Made by a program: the position numbers and the translations under genes. The notes beneath the pieces were generated by a model, which was not told the DNA's origin, made no database searches, and saw nothing but the letters and a program-made list of their open reading frames with translations. Below are positions 26,389-32,000 of a stretch of 32,000 nt of DNA, one piece after another. This DNA comes from Breznakia blatticola (lineage in GTDB: Bacteria > Bacillota_I > Bacilli_A > Erysipelotrichales > Erysipelotrichaceae), in the NCBI RefSeq assembly GCF_004365815.1, contig NZ_SODD01000011.1:1-32000 (forward strand), read 5' to 3'. The stretch's first letter is position 1; each line of letters opens with the position of its first letter.

Positions 26389-26527
26389 CCGTTTGAGCTT
26401 TAGCTCTGTAGGGCGATGAAATTGCATTAAGTATGACCTTGAATCGATCATCCCTGCTAACCTGCGCATAGTGTCTCCACTATTTTGCGGCAGCAACCCG
26501 TATCCCTACAGTAACCTTACTTACCGG
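26389..26527 (-). promoter_or_regulatory. M-box (ykoK leader) magnesium riboswitch aptamer
   Basis: The minus strand contains ...CTGTAGGGATACGGGTTGCTGCCGCAAAATAG...TTAATGCA...CCCTACAGAGCTAAAGCTCAAACGG. These blocks match conserved blocks of the B. subtilis mgtE M-box as I recall it (CUGUAUGGAGAUACGCUGCUGCCCAAAAAUG, UUAAUGCA, CAUACAGUGCUAAAGCUCUACG). It is a GC-rich island upstream of a Mg transporter. Confidence 0.85.
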
Positions 26528-26540
26528 TTTTTCTAGACAC

Positions 26541-26569
26541 ATCATAACGCGATATGCCAAAATGTACAA
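26541..26569 (-). promoter_or_regulatory. mgtA promoter
   Basis: The minus strand reads TTGTAC-N17-TATGAT, about 15-20 nt upstream of the aptamer. Confidence 0.5.
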
Positions 26570-26639
26570 CCTTTATCCACGAAATCTTCACTTTCCGCTT
26601 ATGGTAGAATGTCCATTTCTATGCTATTATAATGATATT

Positions 26640-27065
26640 ATGAAATTTAAGAAAGCAACGACACAAAAAGAAATATTTCAACTTATGCGTATTCGAATTG
26701 ACGTATTTGTGATTGAACAAGAAGTAGATCCAAGTATTGAAATTGATGATACTGATGGCTTATGTGATCAATATGTACTCTATGATGACAGTGAGCAAAT
26801 CGTTGGTACTTGTAGAGTCATCATTGAAGATGATTCATGGCACGTAGGACGTGTAGCCATTAAAAAAGAAGCACGTAAGCATCAGTATGGAAGTTATATG
26901 TTACAACAAGTAGAAATACTTGCTCGTCAAGCAAATGCAAAACAACTTGAGCTTGGTGCACAAGTAACTGCAATGCCTTTTTATGAAAGAAATGGGTATG
27001 TTGGATTTGGTGATATCTTCTTCGATGCACATATCGAACATAAAATGATGGTGAAGCAATTATGA
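26640..27065 (+). CDS. GNAT-family N-acetyltransferase, ElaA/YjcF-like
   Basis: I prefer ATG 26640 (MKFKKATTQKEIFQLMRIRIDVFVIEQEV...), which matches ElaA-type N-termini. Supporting segments are ...VGRVAIKKEARKHQYGSYMLQ..., ...AQVTAMPFYERNGY and HIEHKMM. Confidence 0.8.
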   Translation: MKFKKATTQKEIFQLMRIRIDVFVIEQEVDPSIEIDDTDGLCDQYVLYDDSEQIVGTCRVIIEDDSWHVGRVAIKKEARKHQYGSYMLQQVEILARQANAKQLELGAQVTAMPFYERNGYVGFGDIFFDAHIEHKMMVKQL

Positions 27066-28291
27066 GTGGAAGAAGACAAAACCTTTCAAGGGTTCGCCAA
27101 CCACAAAAGTTTGATTACATCTTATCGTTAATCATAGTACTATTCTTTGTGGCTTCAATTATCACCATTGCTGCTTGTAAACCACTTTTACCTGTTTACT
27201 TAAGTTTATGGGGACTAGATGGTGTACTGACAAAACAGATTCTATTTTATATTCTAGGAGTCATCATCATTGCCGTAATCATTTATTTCGGTAATGATAA
27301 TCTCTTTGATTTTGCGAAGATTGGCTATTTCATTTTCTTAGCATGTCTGGTGTATTTGTTTATGTCCAGTCAAGTGGTCTATCGCTTCACTGGTCGCTAT
27401 TTGCCACTCGCTTCTCCAGTAAACGGTTCAACCGCGTGGTTACAAATACCCTTACTAAACATACAACCTTCTGAGTTTATGAAGGTTATGCTAATTATTA
27501 TTAGTGCTTATGTGATTGAGCAACATAATGAAATGAAGGAAGATGATTCCTTTGAAAGTGATATTCATTTATTTATTGAGTTATTAAAATGGATCTTAGT
27601 TCCTGCTATACTTATTCTTCTACAACCAGATACCGGAATCTTCATTTTGATTCTATTCTCGATTATGGTTATGGTTATCTGTTCTGGAATTCGTAAAGAA
27701 TGGTTAATCTTTGGTGGAATCGTAGTTGTCGCTGCAGTTGTGCTATTCTTATATCTATTTTATTTCAATCAACTATTATTTGTAAAAATATTTGGTGATA
27801 GTTATAAAGTTAAACGTATCTATGGTTGGCTATATCCTGAAGAATATTCAACTGGTGTTGGTTTACAACTATACTCATCCCTACTTGCAATGGGTTCTGG
27901 TGGTTTATTTGGACATGGTTTCCAAGCCAGTCTTATCAGTTTTCCAGAACCACATACAGATTTCATCTTCGCAGTTATTGGAATGAACTTTGGATTTATC
28001 GGTTGTTTATTTGTAGTTGGTTTATGTGTTGCTTTGGATGTACGACTATATATTATTGCATCCAGGTCAAAAAACAATATTGAGAAATTGATGGTCATTG
28101 GTTTTCTAGCCATGTTCATCATTCAACAATTAGAAAACATTGGAATGGTTGTTGGTTTATTACCAATAACCGGAATCACTCTTCCACTTATTAGTGCAGG
28201 TGGTTCTAGTATGTTATCCTTCATGATTGCCTTTGGTATTATTATGAATGCATCATTAAAAGCAAAAAAGTTATCAGACTATGTATATTAG
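27062..28291 (+). CDS. SEDS-family peptidoglycan polymerase (FtsW/RodA/SpoVE)
   Basis: About 10 TM segments. Motifs are QPSEFMKV and LPITGITLPLISAGGSSM. The start overlaps the GNAT stop in an ATGA. Confidence 0.88.
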   Translation: MSGRRQNLSRVRQPQKFDYILSLIIVLFFVASIITIAACKPLLPVYLSLWGLDGVLTKQILFYILGVIIIAVIIYFGNDNLFDFAKIGYFIFLACLVYLFMSSQVVYRFTGRYLPLASPVNGSTAWLQIPLLNIQPSEFMKVMLIIISAYVIEQHNEMKEDDSFESDIHLFIELLKWILVPAILILLQPDTGIFILILFSIMVMVICSGIRKEWLIFGGIVVVAAVVLFLYLFYFNQLLFVKIFGDSYKVKRIYGWLYPEEYSTGVGLQLYSSLLAMGSGGLFGHGFQASLISFPEPHTDFIFAVIGMNFGFIGCLFVVGLCVALDVRLYIIASRSKNNIEKLMVIGFLAMFIIQQLENIGMVVGLLPITGITLPLISAGGSSMLSFMIAFGIIMNASLKAKKLSDYVY

Positions 28292-28307
28292 TCCGATAAC
28301 TTTTTTT
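28265..28307. terminator. bidirectional terminator between the SEDS gene and the SseB-like gene
   Basis: AAAAA-GTTATCAGAC-tatgtatatta-GTCCGATAAC-TTTTTTT has one mismatch in the stem. It overlaps the last SEDS codons. Confidence 0.65.
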
Positions 28308-29079
28308 ATCTTCTAAACCAAGATTTTTTCTTCTTATAGAAAGGTTCATAGCTTTTCACTGCACTTTGACCAAAGTCACTTTGCAATTCAACCATATCTA
28401 AAAATTCACCTTTATCTAAATATTGTGGTGCTAAACGACCAATCTTAGGAAAATCAACTTCCTTTTGCGTTGTATCAACCACCATCAAATAACTACCTTC
28501 GCCATCTTTCATCATATATAGCAAGTATGCACTCGAAACACTTTTTAATGTTGGTAATAATTCTTTTACTGCATCAATGAGTTTCGTTGGATATTTCGCA
28601 GGAATTCCGATTTGCACAGAAGTTTCCTTTTCAACAACAACTTTTTTCGCACCAGATAACATATCTCTGGTAAATAAGAAATTCTCAGTAAACGGATTAA
28701 TGACAAGTCCTGCATATGCTTCATTTTTTACCACTAATGATTTTCCATCTTCAAAAGATACCATGAGTGTTTGTTGGCCTTCTTGTTTGAGCCATTTACC
28801 TAATTCATTCCAATCGGTAAAGTAAGGCAGATAATATTCATTATTTGCATTTGTAATTCCCACAAAACTAATTGTTGAGCCTTTTTCTAATACTGTTTGA
28901 TTTCCATCTTGTTCTCTTGTTTTTGCATCCAGTTTTACTGGCACTAAAAATATCGCCTGTTCCAATTCTTGAAAAAATGCGAGTTCATTTTCTTTGGTTG
29001 GTTGCTCTTTCAACTGTTTCATACAAGCAACAAGCTTTGGATTGACCACCGGTTTATTTACATCATAATCTTCTCTCAT
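28306..29079 (-). CDS. SseB-family protein (tentative)
   Basis: 257 aa. The N-terminal pattern ...ELAFFQELEQAIFLVPVKLD... and the two-domain length fit SseB / SseB_C as recalled. It has its own TATAAT and an SD (AAGAGGG). Confidence 0.55.
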   Translation of the reverse strand: MREDYDVNKPVVNPKLVACMKQLKEQPTKENELAFFQELEQAIFLVPVKLDAKTREQDGNQTVLEKGSTISFVGITNANNEYYLPYFTDWNELGKWLKQEGQQTLMVSFEDGKSLVVKNEAYAGLVINPFTENFLFTRDMLSGAKKVVVEKETSVQIGIPAKYPTKLIDAVKELLPTLKSVSSAYLLYMMKDGEGSYLMVVDTTQKEVDFPKIGRLAPQYLDKGEFLDMVELQSDFGQSAVKSYEPFYKKKKSWFRR

Positions 29080-29116
29080 ACGTTTCCCTCTTTTACATCA
29101 CTTATATGTATTATAA

Positions 29117-29148
29117 CGCAAAATAAGCCGACATGACTGTCGACTTAT
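29117..29148 (-). terminator. intrinsic terminator after rsmI
   Basis: On the minus strand, ATAAGTCGAC-agtcat-GTCGGCTTAT (one mismatch) is followed by TTTTGCGTT. Confidence 0.6.
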
Positions 29149-29150
29149 CT

Positions 29151-29999
29151 TTATGCTTCATTATGGAATTCACGATACAAGTAATTCTTTGAAACACCTT
29201 GTTCCTTTGCAACCTTTTTGATTGCTTCTTTACTGCTCATTCCGTTTTCCATATATTGTTCTACTTTTTCTTTTAGCAATGGTAAAGGCATGACATCTTT
29301 TTCTTTGTCGCAACCTTCAATAACAACAACCATTTCACCTTTGATATCATCAACAACTTCAAGAACTTCACTGATCTTTCCACGAATAAATTCTTCATGC
29401 ATTTTTGTTAGTTCTCTAGCTAAACAAATATTGCGATCTCCCAATACTTGTAAGCTTGTTGTTAACATCTTTTCAATACGATGTGGTGCTTCATAGAAAA
29501 TCATCGTATATGGAAGCCCTTTTACTTCTTCTAAAAATTTAGCACGTTTGTTTTCTGTTGCATCCATAAATCCATAAAATACAAATGGTTGTGGTATTAG
29601 CCCACTAGCTACAAGTGCATTTAAACATGCACTACTTCCAGAAATCGGTACGACATTGTATCCTTCAGCGATTACTTTCTCAACTAAAATATGTCCAGGA
29701 TCAGAAATACACGGATATCCTGCATCACTAACTAAGGCAATATTTTTTCCTTCCTCAAGAAGTTTAAGAATTCCTTTTACACTTTCATTCTCATTATGTA
29801 AATGATGTGCAATGATATTTGTATCAATGCCAAAGTGATGACATAGTTTTTTTGTATTGCGTGTATCTTCAGCAGCAATCACATCAACTTCTCTTAAAAC
29901 TTCAATCGCACGTGGTGTCATCTCTTGTAGATTTCCTATTGGAGTAGCAACTACATAAAGCGTTGCTTTTTCATTATGAAAACTTTTTTGTCTAATCAT
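29151..29999 (-). CDS. rsmI: 16S rRNA (cytidine1402-2'-O)-methyltransferase
   Basis: TLYVVATPIGNL and IAAEDTRNTKKL are present, with a tetrapyrrole-methylase fold pattern. The position after yaaT matches Bacillus. Confidence 0.92.
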   Translation of the reverse strand: MIRQKSFHNEKATLYVVATPIGNLQEMTPRAIEVLREVDVIAAEDTRNTKKLCHHFGIDTNIIAHHLHNENESVKGILKLLEEGKNIALVSDAGYPCISDPGHILVEKVIAEGYNVVPISGSSACLNALVASGLIPQPFVFYGFMDATENKRAKFLEEVKGLPYTMIFYEAPHRIEKMLTTSLQVLGDRNICLARELTKMHEEFIRGKISEVLEVVDDIKGEMVVVIEGCDKEKDVMPLPLLKEKVEQYMENGMSSKEAIKKVAKEQGVSKNYLYREFHNEA

Positions 30000-30819
30000 A
30001 AAGTTTTACATCCGGTAATAGAACATTGATATCTACAAACTGGATGTCCTCCTTATTTTCAATTTTCGCTTGTTTTAATAATAAGTTGTAACTTGTAATT
30101 CGATATTGTTTTCCATTGAACTCAATTCGTGAATTGATCTTTGGTAAATCTTTGCGCATTTCTGTATATAAGTTATCTTCATAGCGTAGACAACATTTTA
30201 ACTTTCCACATTGTCCTGATAACTTTTGAATATTCAGTGCCAACAATTGGTTTTTTGCCATGTTAATCGAAACCATTTCAAAATCACTCATATATCTTGA
30301 ACAACATGTTTCTTGTCCACATTGCCCAAGACCACCAATCATTTTTGCTTTATTACGTGGTCCTACTTGACGTAGTTCAATACGGCAATGGAAAATTGAT
30401 GCTAAACGTTTCAATAATTCACGGAAATCTACACGTTCTTCTGCAACATAAACAAAGGTAATCTTGCTTTGATCCAATGTATACTCTGCTTCAATTAAAT
30501 TCATATCTAGATTTAAGTTTTTAATTTCTGCATCACAAGTTTTTAGTGCTTCCTTTGCTTTTTCCTTATTTACCTCAAAACGCTCTTTATCCTTCTTGCT
30601 TGCTTTTCTAAGTATAGGCTTAAGTTCCATCTTTCCTTTATGTTCTTCGATTGAAACAACATCTCCAGAAACATGTGCCATCTCAATTCCACGAACGGTT
30701 TCAACGACAACTAAATCTCCAGATTGAAAATCATTTTGTGTTGCACCGAATGTATATGCACGTCCATGTTCTTCAAAACTAACTGGAACGACATGTGTAA
30801 ATGCATCTTTTTTACTCAT
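29992..30819 (-). CDS. ricT: PSP1-domain protein RicT/YaaT
   Basis: The PSP1 C-terminal domain carries a Cys cluster (GQCGQETCCSRY...SGQCGKLKCCLRYE). The synteny holB-yaaT is conserved. Confidence 0.88.
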   Translation of the reverse strand: MSKKDAFTHVVPVSFEEHGRAYTFGATQNDFQSGDLVVVETVRGIEMAHVSGDVVSIEEHKGKMELKPILRKASKKDKERFEVNKEKAKEALKTCDAEIKNLNLDMNLIEAEYTLDQSKITFVYVAEERVDFRELLKRLASIFHCRIELRQVGPRNKAKMIGGLGQCGQETCCSRYMSDFEMVSINMAKNQLLALNIQKLSGQCGKLKCCLRYEDNLYTEMRKDLPKINSRIEFNGKQYRITSYNLLLKQAKIENKEDIQFVDINVLLPDVKLYD

Positions 30820-30822
30820 CCT

Positions 30823-31782
30823 TTACACCTCCATTTCATATAAAAATTCATCCATCAATAAAGCGATATTTACCCCTTTACGATTTTTATCTTTCATTTG
30901 ATTGCATACAACCATGAACTTTGTTGCTAATAAATCATCGATAGCATCCAATAATTGATCATAACTTGTAATCCCTGTATGTTGTTGCATCAACTTATCC
31001 TTACCTAAACTCACTAACATTTCAAACATATATTTTGCGACTAAGCGAACATCACGTTTCCCTTTAGCGAACCCTTGTTGGATGAGTACGTTAACATCAC
31101 GATCCCGATTGCTTATTTTTTTCACAAACGTTTCAAATAGATAACGTGCATGCTGATACTCATCACTTTCTTCAATCGCAATAATGTTGGATAAATCCAC
31201 TTGCATGTGGGAAAGTAAATATGCATCATACGCATCCATTTCTTCTTTTAATTGATCAAACACCGTTCCATCTTTTTGCTTATGAAAATGTATCATTTGG
31301 CATCTTGATTTAATTGTATCTAGCAATTGATCTGGATGCTCAACTAATAAAATTGCCATAACTGGACTGGTCGGTTCTTCCAAAAATGTCAGCAAACTAT
31401 TTAATGCACTTGGTGTTGTGTTTTCTGCATGATCAATAATATAGATCTTCATTCCTACACTTTCCAAATTGGTTTTAGCAAATTCTTCTTTTAGTTTTAT
31501 CACATCATCTTTTTTGATCGATGTTGTAGTTCCATCTAAATAAATAAAATCTGCATAGTTGTGGTGCATGATTCTTTGACAAGTATCACATGTCTCATCA
31601 GCAAACCCCACACTCTGACAAACCAAACTTTGTGCAAGTAACATCGCGGTTTCTTTTTTTGGTGTATTTTGATCTCCAACAAACATATATGCATGTGCCA
31701 AACGATCATTTAATAATGCATTTTCAAGCACTTGATATACTCTTGGTTGTTCGCGTTTTAAACGTTCTTTAAACATGATCAA
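30823..31782 (-). CDS. holB: DNA polymerase III subunit delta'
   Basis: LAHAYMFVG, the zinc module C..........CDTCQRI and a degenerate P-loop are present. The gene follows tmk. Confidence 0.88.
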   Translation of the reverse strand: MIMFKERLKREQPRVYQVLENALLNDRLAHAYMFVGDQNTPKKETAMLLAQSLVCQSVGFADETCDTCQRIMHHNYADFIYLDGTTTSIKKDDVIKLKEEFAKTNLESVGMKIYIIDHAENTTPSALNSLLTFLEEPTSPVMAILLVEHPDQLLDTIKSRCQMIHFHKQKDGTVFDQLKEEMDAYDAYLLSHMQVDLSNIIAIEESDEYQHARYLFETFVKKISNRDRDVNVLIQQGFAKGKRDVRLVAKYMFEMLVSLGKDKLMQQHTGITSYDQLLDAIDDLLATKFMVVCNQMKDKNRKGVNIALLMDEFLYEMEV

Positions 31783-32000
31783 TTACTTCTTTCACCTTTC
31801 GATATGTATCTGCATATACAGCTTCAACATTTTGATTTGCATCAATGACAGTAATTCGTTTTGGATACAATTTAGCGACTTCATCATACCCCTTTGCAAC
31901 TAGGTAATGAAAACTTTCACTTTCTTGATCCAAGCGATCTAAGTGTTTTCTTGATGCAATTCGTTGCAATCCATTTTCAGGATCCACTTTCAATAATAAG
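31769..32000 (-). CDS. tmk: thymidylate kinase, C-terminal part (5' end lies beyond the window)
   Basis: The C-terminal lid and tail pattern is ...RLDQESESFHYLVAKGYDEVAKLYPKRITVIDANQNVEAVY.... The frame stays open to the window edge. It overlaps the holB start. Confidence 0.8.
   Translation of the reverse strand, partial: LLLKVDPENGLQRIASRKHLDRLDQESESFHYLVAKGYDEVAKLYPKRITVIDANQNVEAVYADTYRKVKEVIDHV

Noticed and set aside
1-32000. Scan for CRISPR arrays, tRNA/rRNA genes, retron or DGR-like structures, integrases and known defence gene signatures
   Set aside because: I saw no spaced direct repeats and no cloverleaf-like GC-rich islands. The only strongly structured GC-rich non-coding segment is the M-box leader. 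I saw no reverse transcriptase, recombinase or nuclease/helicase motifs in any frame of the ORF track.

Overview
AT-rich Bacillota-type chromosomal window (gene order resembles Bacillus and Erysipelotrichia). It holds about 31 protein genes. All are on the minus strand except a DUF2974 hydrolase gene, a GNAT-SEDS gene pair and a decayed IstB gene. Most of the window is conserved housekeeping. From right to left it contains tmk(partial)-holB-ricT/yaaT-rsmI, an SseB-like gene, a GNAT gene overlapping an FtsW/RodA-family gene, mgtA behind an M-box riboswitch, and a TetR gene followed by two small ORFs. It continues with phoP-phoR, a DUF2974 hydrolase, pstSCAB-phoU, a PTS EIIBC / AraC / 844-aa cytoplasmic glycoside-hydrolase locus, and an OmpR-type regulator / histidine kinase / lipoprotein operon. 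The last block is rnmV-rsmA(ksgA)-ispE-DUF695/RraB-aroD. Only the left ~3.1 kb looks accessory. It has an IS21-type IstB pseudogene, decayed reading frames abutting an intact small ORF (possible orphan immunity gene), and two divergent paralogous small lipoproteins. I found no CRISPR array, tRNA, rRNA, intact mobile element or recognisable defence system, and nothing I can defend as a clearly novel multi-gene system. The best leads are modest. They are a 26-codon uORF with a strong SD between the M-box terminator and mgtA, and a TetR-controlled pair of tiny proteins, one of them an internal duplication. Others are a DUF695/RraB fusion inside an rRNA-maturation operon, the unusual PTS-linked hydrolase, and a hydrolase gene embedded in the Pho locus beside Pho-box-like repeats. 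All family assignments come from motif recognition by eye. No searches were run.
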